Positions 17,393 to 30,200 of a DNA stretch of 41,391 nucleotides are shown piece after piece. This DNA comes from a virus (Duplodnaviria > Caudoviricetes): the IMG/VR virus record IMGVR_UViG_3300033076_000709, positions 1 through 41,391 of that record; one strand, written 5' to 3'. The notes under the pieces were generated by a model. The model saw only the letters and a list, made by a program, of their open reading frames with translations. It searched no databases and was not told the origin of the DNA. How positions within the stretch are numbered: the first letter of the stretch is position 1; every line of letters starts with the position of its first letter. The position numbers and the translations under genes were made by a program.

Positions 17393-17767
17393 ATGGCTAC
17401 ATTCATTGGATTTAATACGCAAGGGCAATTCAAAAAGTTCACTCTGACAGATTCAGCACTGATTAAACGCGATCTACTGAATTCATTGAATATCCGACAA
17501 GGCCAAATCCCAGGTAGACCTCAGGTTGGAACTATAATATGGGATAATTTGTTTGAAAACCAAACCAATGAGGTTATCACAGCAATTGAAAAAGAAATAC
17601 AACGTGTTGCTGCAGGTGATCCAAGATTACAAATCATAAACACAGAAATATTCCCCCAGGAAAATGGGCTATTAATTCAAATTGAACTAACCCTGGTTCC
17701 CAGCACTGAAGCCGAGCGCCTGCGAATTTTCTTTGACCAAGAGACAAGAACAGCAACCTATGTTTAA
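17393..17767 (+). CDS. gp25: Baseplate wedge subunit / sheath initiator (gp25-like)
   Basis: LIKRDLLNSLNIRQGQIPGRPQVGTIIWDNLFE...DPRL follows the GPW/gp25 pattern; start moved to the ATG at 17393. Confidence 0.85.
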   Translation: MATFIGFNTQGQFKKFTLTDSALIKRDLLNSLNIRQGQIPGRPQVGTIIWDNLFENQTNEVITAIEKEIQRVAAGDPRLQIINTEIFPQENGLLIQIELTLVPSTEAERLRIFFDQETRTATYV

Positions 17768-17786
17768 CTGAGCCGTTTTTAAGTTC

Positions 17787-17794
17787 CATAAATA
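17787..17794 (+). promoter_or_regulatory. Putative late promoter CATAAATA
   Basis: 7/8 match to TATAAATA in the intergenic gap before the gp6-like gene. Confidence 0.55.
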
Positions 17795-17812
17795 AACAAA
17801 TAATGGACTACT

Positions 17813-20800
17813 ATGGCTAAGACGACAAGACAAACCGCTATTTTTGGTGTTGAGGATTGGAAAAGAATTTACCAAACCTACCGCGAGGCAGACTTTCAAA
17901 GCTACGACTTTGAGACTCTGCGTAAGAGTTTTGTAGATTATCTACGCTTATACTACCCGGAAACTTTCAACGATTACATTGAGAGTTCTGAATTCATTGC
18001 ATTACTAGACATCATTGCTTTTATGGGGCAGAGTCTTGCATTCCGTAATGACTTGAATGCCAGGGAAAACTACCTTGACACTGCTGAACGTAGAGATAGT
18101 GTAGTACGACTTGCAAATCTGGTTAGCTATACTCCCAAACGTAATACATCAGCGTCGGGATATCTAAAGATTTTCTCAGTAGTCACAACTGAAAATGTCA
18201 CTGATGTTAATGGCATTAACTTATCTAATGTAACTGTCAACTGGGCAGACCCTACTAATTTCAACTGGCAAGATCAGTTCTCTGCAATTATCAATGCATC
18301 ATTGGTTAGCAATCAACGAGTAGGTCGTCCGGGCAATAGAACAACAATTCTCGGAGTAGATACTTCAGAATATACAATTAATTTAGTACCTGGGTACCTG
18401 CCAGTTATCCCTTACACAGCCACAGTTGATGGCATAAACATGCCGTTTGAAGCAGTCAATGCTACATCGGCCAACAGAGACTATATCTACGAACCTAGTC
18501 CTGCACCCAACGGCGAATTTAATATTTTATTCCGCAATGATTCTCTGGGTTTTAACAGCGGCAATACCGGATACTTCTTTTTGTTTAAACAAGGTGTTTT
18601 GCAAAATCAGGATTTTAACCTAGCTGATAAAGTCAGTAATCAAGCAGTGCCTATTAATATCGAAGGTTGCAACAATGATGATCATTGGCTGTACCAACTT
18701 GACAATGTAGGATCAATTGCTAAAGAATGGCAATATGTTCCTAGTGTATATGCCGCTGCCGCAGAACAATCAGCAGCTGGACTACGCGAAGTATTTTCTA
18801 TTACCAGCAGAACAAACGATCAGATCACGCTGACATTCGGTGATGGTGTATTCTCTGCTATACCAGTTGGTATTTTTAGAACCTATGTTAGAGCAAGCAA
18901 CGGGCTGACTTATATTATCAACCCTGAAGAAATGCAAAGCGTGGTTATTCCAATCAGTTATATTAGCAGAACTGGTCAATTAGAAACAATCACATTCACT
19001 TGCGGCATTACTGAGCCTGTGTCAAATAGTCGTGCCAGAGAAAGTATCGACGAAATCAAACAACGTGCGCCTGCAAGATACTATACACAAAATCGTATGG
19101 TTAACGGCGAGGATTACAATAATTTCCCGTTTACTGCATACAATTCTATTCTTAAATCAAAAGCGTTGAATCGTGCTAGCATCGGTACCAGCAGATATCT
19201 CGAGTTAGTTGACGGAACAGGAAAGTACGCATCAACTAACATTTTTGGCAGCGATGGTGCATTGTACGAAAACTATGCATTGCCAAGTTTCCAATTTACA
19301 TATAACACCAACAACGAAATTGCTGATGTTATTGCTAACCGAGTTCAGCCTATTCTAAGAGCCAGCTTGATGCAGCAATTTTATTATGCTGAGTTTCCTA
19401 GACCGAGTTTAAATTCTCTAGGAGTAAGTTGGCATTTGACTACTTCTATCTCAAATACTACCACTGGGTATTTTGCAAACGTATCAGGCAATGCAGTACC
19501 AATTGGGCCTTACACTAGCAATAACACAAAATATGTTACCATTGGCGCACTAGTTAAATTCGTGCCACCACCAGGCTATTATTTTGATGCTAATAATCGA
19601 CTCAAAGCAGGAAGCCCTACTAAGTCTGATGAAAAATTAGTATTATGGGCTAGCCCTACCGCAGTTTACTTAGACGGTACTAACAACGGTCTTGGTAATC
19701 TTCCTGATGGAACAGGACCAGTGGTATTGAATAATTACATTCCAACTGGCGCAATTGCATCAGAAGTTATTCCTGTGTTTGTAACTGATTTGCCTGTGGA
19801 CTTTGAAACAGCAATGGCAAATCAAATTCAACTGAACAGAAATTTTGGTATTGGATATGATAGCCTTGGCGATATAACCGGCACTGCTGGTTCCTGGTAT
19901 CTGATTACATCTACCAATTTGGCACAAGATGCTGAATTTAGTTTGGCCAATGCTGGCAGCACAGCAGGAACTAATTTAGATGCTAGCTGGATGGTACAGT
20001 TTGTTACCAATGGCAGCACTTACACAGTAAGCACAAGAGCATTAGAATATTACTTTGGCAGCGTGTTACAAACTCGATTCTTCTTTTACGGAGATCAGCA
20101 AGTGTATGATAGTCGCACCGGTACAGTAATCAAAGACTTTATCAATGTACTGAAAACTAATAGTCGTCCTGATAGTGCATTGCCACTAAGTGGAGATACT
20201 AAACTTACCATAGTTGATCAACCAGTGTTAAGCGACGGCTTTGTTGACGACTTTCAAGTATTTGTGAGCTTTACTGATTCAGATGCCGATGGTGTCCCCG
20301 ACAACCCTGACTTCTTCAATGAAATTGTTGCACCAACAGTTGATCCTACGCACAAGCTAGTGTATCTGCAAAAAACTGTGGACTTTGATAATCTTGAACG
20401 ATATCTTCTAGTTGAACAAGGGATTGTAAACTCAGAGTATCCCGACCTTACTGCAATTGAATTAGTCAAGGAGCAATTTGTCAACGGACAAGTATTCTAC
20501 ACTTACGAAACTAAATTGTTTTATGTACTGTCGGTAGATCTTGCTACCGAAACTAGAACATTGACACTTTCAACTGATTGGATTGCCCGAACCGGTCGCC
20601 AAGATTTATATTATCAATATAGACACAACTCGCCACTGACATCTCGTATTGACCCAGGGACTACTAACATTATTGATATGTATGTGGTCACTGCTGAATA
20701 TTACACTGCGTATCAGAATTATATCAAGGATACCACCAATACAGTGCCTGAGCCAACTCCGCCAACTATCAATGAATTGACCACGGCATATCAAGGATTA

Positions 20801-21238
20801 CAAGATTATAAAATGATCTCTGATACTATGATTTTCAACAGTGTTGAATTCAAACCATTGTTTGGTGCCAAAGCTGACGAAAGTTTACGAGCTGTGATCA
20901 AAGTTATCAAGGCATTTAACAGTACTGCCAGCGAAAGTGAAATCAAGACTCAAGTTGTTGCAGCAATGAACAATTATTTTAGTCTAGACAAATGGGACTT
21001 TGGTGATACCTTTTATTTCTCAGAACTTGCTGCATATCTACACAGTACATTAGGAAGTATTATAAGTTCCGTTGTATTGGTTCCGTTGAACCCAGAAAAA
21101 AGTTTTGGCGACCTCTACGAGATTAGATCAGCCCCAAGTCAAATTTTCGCAAATGCAGCGACAGTAAATAACATTGAAGTGATAGAAGCATTGACAAGCA
21201 CAAATCTAAGAACAGCACCAGGAAGTGGAGTAATTTAA
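17813..21238 (+). CDS. gp6: Baseplate wedge subunit (gp6/baseplate-J-like), extended
   Basis: DFETLRKSFVDYLR, ENYLDTAERRDSVVRLANLVSYTPKR, TFGDGVFSAIP, ESIDEIKQRAP..YYTQNRMVNGEDY and FGDTFYFSEL motifs; follows gp25. Confidence 0.88.
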   Translation: MAKTTRQTAIFGVEDWKRIYQTYREADFQSYDFETLRKSFVDYLRLYYPETFNDYIESSEFIALLDIIAFMGQSLAFRNDLNARENYLDTAERRDSVVRLANLVSYTPKRNTSASGYLKIFSVVTTENVTDVNGINLSNVTVNWADPTNFNWQDQFSAIINASLVSNQRVGRPGNRTTILGVDTSEYTINLVPGYLPVIPYTATVDGINMPFEAVNATSANRDYIYEPSPAPNGEFNILFRNDSLGFNSGNTGYFFLFKQGVLQNQDFNLADKVSNQAVPINIEGCNNDDHWLYQLDNVGSIAKEWQYVPSVYAAAAEQSAAGLREVFSITSRTNDQITLTFGDGVFSAIPVGIFRTYVRASNGLTYIINPEEMQSVVIPISYISRTGQLETITFTCGITEPVSNSRARESIDEIKQRAPARYYTQNRMVNGEDYNNFPFTAYNSILKSKALNRASIGTSRYLELVDGTGKYASTNIFGSDGALYENYALPSFQFTYNTNNEIADVIANRVQPILRASLMQQFYYAEFPRPSLNSLGVSWHLTTSISNTTTGYFANVSGNAVPIGPYTSNNTKYVTIGALVKFVPPPGYYFDANNRLKAGSPTKSDEKLVLWASPTAVYLDGTNNGLGNLPDGTGPVVLNNYIPTGAIASEVIPVFVTDLPVDFETAMANQIQLNRNFGIGYDSLGDITGTAGSWYLITSTNLAQDAEFSLANAGSTAGTNLDASWMVQFVTNGSTYTVSTRALEYYFGSVLQTRFFFYGDQQVYDSRTGTVIKDFINVLKTNSRPDSALPLSGDTKLTIVDQPVLSDGFVDDFQVFVSFTDSDADGVPDNPDFFNEIVAPTVDPTHKLVYLQKTVDFDNLERYLLVEQGIVNSEYPDLTAIELVKEQFVNGQVFYTYETKLFYVLSVDLATETRTLTLSTDWIARTGRQDLYYQYRHNSPLTSRIDPGTTNIIDMYVVTAEYYTAYQNYIKDTTNTVPEPTPPTINELTTAYQGLQDYKMISDTMIFNSVEFKPLFGAKADESLRAVIKVIKAFNSTASESEIKTQVVAAMNNYFSLDKWDFGDTFYFSELAAYLHSTLGSIISSVVLVPLNPEKSFGDLYEIRSAPSQIFANAATVNNIEVIEALTSTNLRTAPGSGVI

Positions 21239-21239
21239 T

Positions 21240-24200
21240 ATGGCAAGAGTTAGAACTGTAGAATTTCTACCAGAAATTTTTCAAACAACAACAAACAAAC
21301 AGTTTCTTGCGGCTACGTTAGATCAGATGGTTCAAGAACCATCCTTTTCTAAAATACAAGGATATGTAGGACGTCGTGTAGGTCCGGGAGTAAACCCAGA
21401 CGACGAGTATATTAAAGAAGACACAGCAGTACGCACTGATTATCAGTTAGAACCAGGCGTAATTATTACCCAACCTGATTCATCTAAAATCCGAGATGCA
21501 ATTACATATCCAGGCATAACTGATGCAATTAGCATGTATGGCGGTCTGACTTCAAATGCTCAAAGACTTTATGCTAGTGAATACTACACATGGGATCCGT
21601 TTGTTGACCTAGACAAGTTTGTAAACTTCAGTCAATATTACTGGTTGCCAGCTGGCCCAGACGATGTTAATGTATATTCTGGTCAATATCCAACATCAGA
21701 CACGTTCGACGTCACACGAGAAAATGGTGTTTATACGTTTAGCGGAGCAACTGGCGATAACCCATCTATTACTCTGGTACGCGGCGGATCGTATCAATTT
21801 AATGTTGCACAAAATGCCAAGGAAACTGTAAATTACCGAGTGTCCAACGATGGTATAAGTTCATATCTAATTGATTATCAACCTAACCCAACTCTACAAT
21901 TAGTTAGAGGAAATACCTACGTATTCACATTAGCACTTAAAGGCGACTATCCTTTTTATATTAAAACTCAGCCAGGACTTGGCACCACAGACCAGTATAC
22001 CACAGGCGTAACCAACAACGGTGCATCAGAAGGCAAAATAACATTTGTTGTACCACAAGACGCACCAGATACATTGTATTATACCAATGACGTCCAGAGA
22101 AACATGCAGGGTGTTATTAATGTAATCGATGGCACACCTGGCACTGGTGCCGGATTCTGGATACAAACTGAACCAGGGGTTGATGGAAAAATTTCAGCCA
22201 CCCCCAATATCAGCAGTCGTGACGTGCTGGGAGTTGTTAATAATGGTGAAGATCTTGGAACTGTAACATTTAACGTTCCGTTATCTACAGACCAGAGTTT
22301 TTATTACACACTCAATGACATCTCAAGTTCGTTGCCAACAAATGGAGTTGATTTAATCACCTCGTTGAAATTCAACGAGATTAATAATATTTTTGTAGAT
22401 CGATTTTTAGCACAATACCCAACTGGTATCGATGGTATTACTAATCTTGATGGCAAGACATTGGTATTCCAGGAACAACAACCAGATGCCGAATCAGGCG
22501 GTTGGCAAGTAACTACTCAATTTGATCCAGTTGTTGCGGGCTCAGGAAACAACGGAAGACCTGGTAGCTTTGACACCACCTTGTTTGACCAAACAACAGA
22601 TGTTCCAGCAAGTGCAAGATATAGCGTCTGGCAAGCTAACTATGTGTCCACCGAAGGCGGCAACAAATATATTAAATTAACAAATATTTTCTCTGTCAGC
22701 AACTATGACAAATTCACTGTATTGTCGGGCACTGTAAATTCAAATACACAATGGTTTAAAAATGCCGATGGTGTATTTGAAAAAATTCCATTGTTGTCCG
22801 CAGTTAAAACCACATTGTACTATCAAGATGGAACCGATCCAGAAATTTTTGGACAGATTCGACTTGTCGACGAAGCAGACGCCGGAACGCTAGACATCAA
22901 TGAAATCATTGGCAAGAAAAACTACACCAGTCCAAATGGAGTAATATTTACTAATGGGCTAAAAGTTACATTTATTGGTAATATTGTCCCAACCAGCTAC
23001 GAGAACAACAGCTATTATGTCGAAGGTGTTGGTACTGCTATTAAGTTACTGCCTGTTGGAAATTTTGTCACCCCAGAAACATATACACAAAGTGCCACAA
23101 TACCTTACGATAGTTTGGCATACGATGTTGGCAATTTTGATGCTAGTTTAAATCAACCTGAGGTTCCAGATTATCTAGTGATCAATCGTGCTAGCCCTGA
23201 CTTAAATGCTTGGTGCCGAACTAATCGTTGGTTCCACATTGACGTAATCAATGCCAGCGCAAAATATAACAACACTGTTCCGTACCTTGACAATAATTTT
23301 AGAGCCAAGCGTCCTATTTTAGAATACCGTGCAGGCACACGATTGTTTGATTATGGAACACAAGGGAAACAACCAGTTGATATTATTGACTTTTCTGCTA
23401 CTGACGCATTAAGTAACATCAACGGAAGCGTTGGATACAGCACAGACGGATACAATTTTATCAGCGGATCTCGAGTTATTTTTGCCGCAGATATTGATCC
23501 TGAAGTAAGAAATAAAATTTTTGTCGTTGAATTTATTGTTCCAGATACTGTACCGCCATTGATTGCAGAACCTATTATCAATCTTGTACCGGCAGCAGAT
23601 TCTGAAGTGTTATTTGATCAATGTGTAGTATGCGTAAGCGGAAATACACAGCAAGGACGTGCGTTCTTCTTTGATGGTATTACTTGGCAAGCAGCACAAC
23701 AGAAAACTAAAGTCAACCAAGCACCGTTGTTTAATGTTTACGACACCGCCGGTGTAAGTTACGGAGATCGTACAAAATATCCAAGTACTAATTTTGCGGG
23801 CAGCAAATTATTCTCTTATGCAACCGGAAATGGCACAGCTGACACAATCCTAGGGTTCCCACTTAAATATTTGAGTTTAAGTAATGTTGGTGATATTGTA
23901 TTTGACAACAATCTATACGAGGACTCATTTACCTACACCAGAGATAGTATCTCTACAACCCAGAATATTAGCGAAGGTAATGTTCGCGAGTACAGCAATA
24001 GAACGTCGTATGCTAAAGAAATTGGATGGCAAACAGCAATTACCGAGAGCGTAATTCGACAACAATTTAGATTCCAGTATGACGGCCAGCCTCTGTTGTT
24101 AGATGTGCCTGTTGACACAACATCAGTACTGCCAGCAATTCAGTTATACTCAGCTGGTATATTCATTGATCCAAGTGACTATACTTTTGAAGTCACCAAT

Positions 24201-27200
24201 GACACAACTATCATTACAATTAACACTGTAGACGAGTTTGCTGGCGTTGGGGACATCATTGAGGTGAATGCGTTAAGTAACAAAACTAGCAAAGTTGCAT
24301 TTTATCAGGTGCCTGTTAATTTAGAAAACAATCCGTTAAACAAAAACAGCCCATCGTTTACATTAGGTACAGCAAGAAGCCATTACCAGTCTATTGGTGA
24401 GAATTTAAAAGCATTAGTGGGACCAATCAACGGCGCCAACAACACACGAGATCTTGGCAATATAATTCCTTACGGCACTAATATTCTACAACAAAGTGCG
24501 CCAATGACCTTGGCTGGCTACTTTATGCGTAGCAAAGACTACAACATTTTTAATTCGATTGAATGGAATAGTCTCGAATATGAAAAGTTCAAAGTACAGT
24601 TGTTGGCCACCGCGGTCCGAAATGATTATACCAACTATTCTATCCCGGACATGTTGACGTCGATTATTAGTGACATCAACACTGGTAAAACAGAGTCGTC
24701 GCCATTTTATTGGTCAGACATGTTGCCGGTGAGCCCAACCTTTACTCAAACCACTACAACAATTACACCAATCAGCACTGATGTGTTTGATCTGTCAACT
24801 ACTTACGACTTTACTAGCTCGAACTATAAAGGGTTGTTGGTATACTTGAATGATGTGTTACTAGTCAAGGATAATGATTACATAGTATCAACAGACGGCC
24901 CACGATTGACTATTACTGCTCCATTGGCAGTGGGCGATGTTGTTGTTATTAGAGAATATGCAACAACCTACGGAAACTATGTTCCTAACACTCCTACTAA
25001 ATTAGGATTATATCCAGCATGGCGTCCAAGAATATATCTGGACCCTAACTACACAGAACCGCAAATGGTTATCCAAGGCCATGATGGCAGTCTCACTATG
25101 GCGTTTGGTGACTTCCGTGATGACTTGCTGTTAGAGTTTGAAACTAGAATTTTTGATAACTTAAAAATTAACAGTCCAATTCCATTGTCTGCAACTGAAG
25201 TGATCCCTGGTCAATTTAGAACTACAGATTATTCACTAAGTGAAATAAATCAAATCTTGAGTCAGAGTTTCTTGACCTGGATTGGGTGGAACAAGTTAAA
25301 TTATCAAGCACAAACTTACAATGCTAACGATCAATTTACATGGAACTATACATCGTGCGGGAATATTTTAACTGGGCCAAATGAAACTGCATTGGGCATC
25401 GGTGCCTGGAGAGGGTTATATCAATATTTCTACGATACTACTAGCCCAGACACTACCCCGTGGGAAATGTTAGGATTCTCAATTGAGCCTGCTTGGTGGC
25501 AGGATGTTTATGGTACCGCTCCGTACACTGGCGATAACTTGGTTCTATGGGATGACCTTGCTGCCGGCCGAGTTGCAGATCCTAATGGCACATATTATCT
25601 TCCTCAGTATGCAAGACCACGTCTGACAGAAATTATTCCTACTGGCAGCGAAGGCGAGTTGTTGAGCCCATTTAACTCTGTAGTTGGATATTATGACAAT
25701 AGTCAGTTCCAGAAGAGCTGGACAGTCGGTGACGGCGGTCCTGTTGAATACTCATGGACTAAGAGCTCGAGCTATCCGTTTGCTGTGATGAGATTGCTGG
25801 CATTAACTCGCCCAGCTGAATTCTTCTCATTGTTTGCTGACCGAGACCTTTACAAATTCGATACTGACTATAATCAGTATCTCTATAACCAACGATTCAG
25901 ACTTGATGGTTCAAACATACAAGTTTACGGAAATGGCGTAAGCAAAGCCAGCTACATCAATTGGATCATTGATTACAATCAACAAACAGGAATCGACAGC
26001 ACAACAGCATTAGAAACTGATTTAGCAAGTCTTGATGTTCGACTTTGCTACAGAATGGCTGGCTTCACAGACAAAGAATACATGCGGATCTATACAGAAA
26101 AGTCTAGTCCTAACAGTTTAAATTCAAGTTTGTTGCTGCCCGATGACAGTTATAGTCTACTGGTCTACAAGAACCAGCCATTTGACCGAGTAACATATAG
26201 TTCAGTGGTGTGTCAGATTGTCGAAGACGGATACGCAGTCTACGGATATAGTATTACCCAACCGTTCTTTGAAATTTTAGTGAGTAAAACCTACGGAACT
26301 AAAACTTCAATTACTGCGGGCGGCCAAAGCATCGATGTACCAAATCAATACACTGATCAGGTAACTAGAATCCCGTACGGATATGTGTTTACTAACAAAA
26401 CTATTGCTATTGATTTCTTGTTAAGTTATGGCGCATTGTTAACTAGCCAAGGTCTTGTGTTTGACGACAAAGACAACGGCTACGTTCTAAATTGGAATCA
26501 AATGGCTCAGGAGTTCTTGTACTGGGCAAACCAAGGGTGGGAAGTAGGATCAGTTATAAACTTAAATCCTACTGCGTTCTCAATTACAGCAATTAAATCT
26601 CAAGCAATAGTTGATAGTATTGTTGCACAGACACCCGAGAATAACATTCTAGATCAAAATAGAAGTACAGTACCAGTTAGGGACCTGGTTATTGAACGTA
26701 TGGATAATGTGTTCAAAGCAATTTCCCAAACACAACAAACAATCAGTTATTTAGATTTAAAATATACCAGTTACGAAAGTATGGTAATATTAGACAATCA
26801 AAGTGTTTTTGCTGATTTAATTTATGACCCAGTGACCGGAGCAAGACAAAGCCGAATTATGGTAAATGCTACTATCAGCAACCAATGGGACGGGCAACTA
26901 AATGCGCAAGGCTTCATTCTAAACAATCAGCAAACAGTCGAGGAATGGAAGTCTAATAAAAAGTATGCCAAGGGTGAAATTGTTTCGTACAAAAATAACT
27001 ACTGGTCAGCACAAACTATTGTTCAACCCAAGGCAGTATTTGACTATGCCGACTGGACACAAAGTGATTATACAAAGATTCAAACCGGCTTGTTGCAAAA
27101 CTTGCCTAACTTTAGCAATCAGTTAATTAACAGTTATGACGTTAACACTGCTAATCTTGCAACTGACCAGGATCTAGTATCATACGGACTAATTGGATTT

Positions 27201-30200
27201 AGACCACGTCAATACATGTCATCGTTGAATCTCGATGATGTTAGTCAAGTTAACGTATACAAGCAATTCATTGGCGACAAAGGCACAATTCGAAGCGTCA
27301 GACTAATCGGAAATGCTCGCACAACTAAAGAAGTTGCCGAATACGACCTATTTGAAAACTGGGCAATTCTCAAAGGTGTGTATGGTGCAAATGCTAACCG
27401 CAGTTTTATCGAACTAAGATTAAACGAAGCCGATCTTTTGGCGGATCCATCGATTGTTCAGTTAGTAAACATTGGCCAAGAAAGCCAAGCAGACCAAACA
27501 GTATTACTACAAGATGTGTGGAGACAGAGCTATAAACTTACTAGCACTGATGTTTTTACAACTACTACAACACCACTGCAAGATGCTGCATTGCCAACTG
27601 CTGGTTATGTAAGTCTCAACGACGTTGATATAACTGTATTCTCATTAGATGGACAGTTAGGCGGATCGTCAGCTGTTGTTAATTCCCTAGGTGTAGGGAC
27701 AACAGTGTGGGCAGCAAAAATCAACAGATACGATTGGAATGTTTACCGATGCACAGCAATACCAGGGTATATATCATCAGTCACTAGTAATTTAAATTCT
27801 ACTGCTATTGTTGAATTTACTGGCAAGCACGGACTTGCAAAAGAAGATGTAACGGTTATTCGATTCTTTGATAATTCAGTTGATGGAATATACAAAGTAT
27901 TGGCAGTACCGAGTTCAAATACAATTGTAATTAACTTACCTATACGAAATACTATTACAGGTCGCGGCGTTGGTTTAGTATTGCGAACCATGAGAGTTGC
28001 ACAAGCAAGTGACGTATTAAATTTAAGTTATGCAAATCTACTAGAAGCTGGAACCAAGGCCTGGGTTGACAATAACGGATCTGGCTTATGGACGGTTTTA
28101 GAAAAACAAACTCCTTTTGTTAATAGTACTGCGTTACCTGTTGATGCAGATATATATGGAGCTAGATTCGGTGCAAGTATTGCGCAAGGATACAAAAATA
28201 TCATCGCGGTAGTTGGTTCACCAGGATACAGAACACCATACGAGGAATCGGCACAAATTGGTGCAGTATATCCGTATCTCAGAGACAACAACAATCAATA
28301 TGCACAAACAGCCACATTGACACTTGGCACACCGGGCATTCTAGGATACGGAAATAGTGTTGACGTTGGCAATCAAAGTTGGCTAGCAGCTGGTGCCAGT
28401 GCATCAAACGGTAACCAGGGATATGCCTCAGTGATTTACCGAGCTGAGAACAATAACGCATTTGAACAAAGACAATTGTTAGTTGCACCCGACGAAGATT
28501 TTGGTACTGGGGAATTTGGATATTCGGTATCCATCGACGAAACTGAACGTTGGTTGTACGTTGGTGCGCCAGGCAATGACAAAGTTTATGCGTTTGCTCG
28601 TCTTGACGTTGAATTTCAACAAGCCAAATATACTACAAATGGTTTGACAAAAAATTATTCGTTTGATGGACTAATTGAGATCACCGAAGATCAGCAAATC
28701 ACTGTTGTATACAACAATCAACTGTTAACTTATATTACTGACTACGAAGTTATCGGATCAACTGTGGTATTAAACACATTACCGCCTGCTGGTCAGAAAA
28801 TAACAATTACTCGCAAAGGTGCCCAGGAATTAATTGGCGATGGGTCATCGACAATGTTCAGTATTGCTAACTATCTAGCGAATATAACTGATATTTGGCA
28901 AATATCTGTAACCGTCAATGGAATTCTACAACGTCCATTTATGGACTATACATTTTCAGCCAACATAGTTGATTTTATATCAGCCCCTGCCGACGGTGCA
29001 AGTGTGGTTGTTACAGCAACAACACAATTTACATACGTGGCTACTTTGCCAGTGTCGGGTCTGGCTGCAAATGCTAGATTTGGTGCCAGCATTACACAGA
29101 CCAGTGATAGTAGATCTATTGTAATTGGAGCATCAAACGATGATTCGTCTACTGTTGATAACAGCGGACTCTCTTATGTGTTTGATAGAGGGGTTATCAA
29201 ATACATTGTAAGTGATCCCTCAGTGACTACATTTACCTTGCCAGCAGGACACCAAGGGCCGATCACAGTTATTGTCAATGGAGAATACTTAACCAATTCT
29301 GCACAATATATCAATGGGCAATTTTCTGTTGTAGGCGACGATGTTGTATTATCAAGTTCAGTTGAACTCAACATAGGCGATGTGATCGAGATCGAAAACA
29401 ACATCTTTACACAGATACAAGTACTGGAAGCTAACGCACCATTTGATCAAAGTCAATACGGTGCAGCACTTGACATGTGCCCATTTAATTGCAGTATAGC
29501 AATTGGTGCGCCAACTGATGGAACAGAATTTATACAAGCCGGCTCGGTGGAAAGACGTATCAACCAGTCTAGAGTATACGGTATCACTACCTCGTTAAAC
29601 GCCAATCCTGCGTTGACAGCTGGAGATACTATTAGAATTAATAATCAGTTAGTAACTGTTCCTGATGCGCCTAATAATACAGTGACTGGATTATCTAATG
29701 CAATTAATGCATCGGGAATTCCTAATGTAACTTCTAGTGTTACTGATGGCCTGTTGACCATTAGTATTATTAATAGTGCCGCTGCTAGTACATTTAACAA
29801 GCTACAAGTACTACCCGGGATAACCGACACTGCATTCAACGCATTGGGCTTTGATACCTATGCATACACTCAGACCATTACAAGTCCTGCGCCAACACTG
29901 AATGCAAATTTTGGTTCATCACTGGCATTCTCAAGTGATGCAATGACATTAATTGTTGGTGCACCAGGTGGCAATATTTACGAGCCTAATACATTTGATG
30001 ACAAAACAACATATTTTGATGATCGTAGCACTACGTTCTCTACTGTGGTTGTTCAATCAGGCGCAGTATACTCATATGATTATTTGGCTAGTTCGACCGC
30101 GGTATTAAGTAACCCTTCAAAATATGTGTTTGGTCAGCAAATCTATGATACTGGCGTGGCTAGCTTAGACCAATGGGGTTCAGCAGTTAGTTATGTCAAT

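Noticed and set aside
9211-21238. Bacterial eCIS, T6SS or tailocin locus rather than a phage
   Set aside because: Adjacent gp55, gp47 and gp46, T4-like late motifs and a homing endonuclease indicate a lytic T4-like phage; no host housekeeping genes are present.
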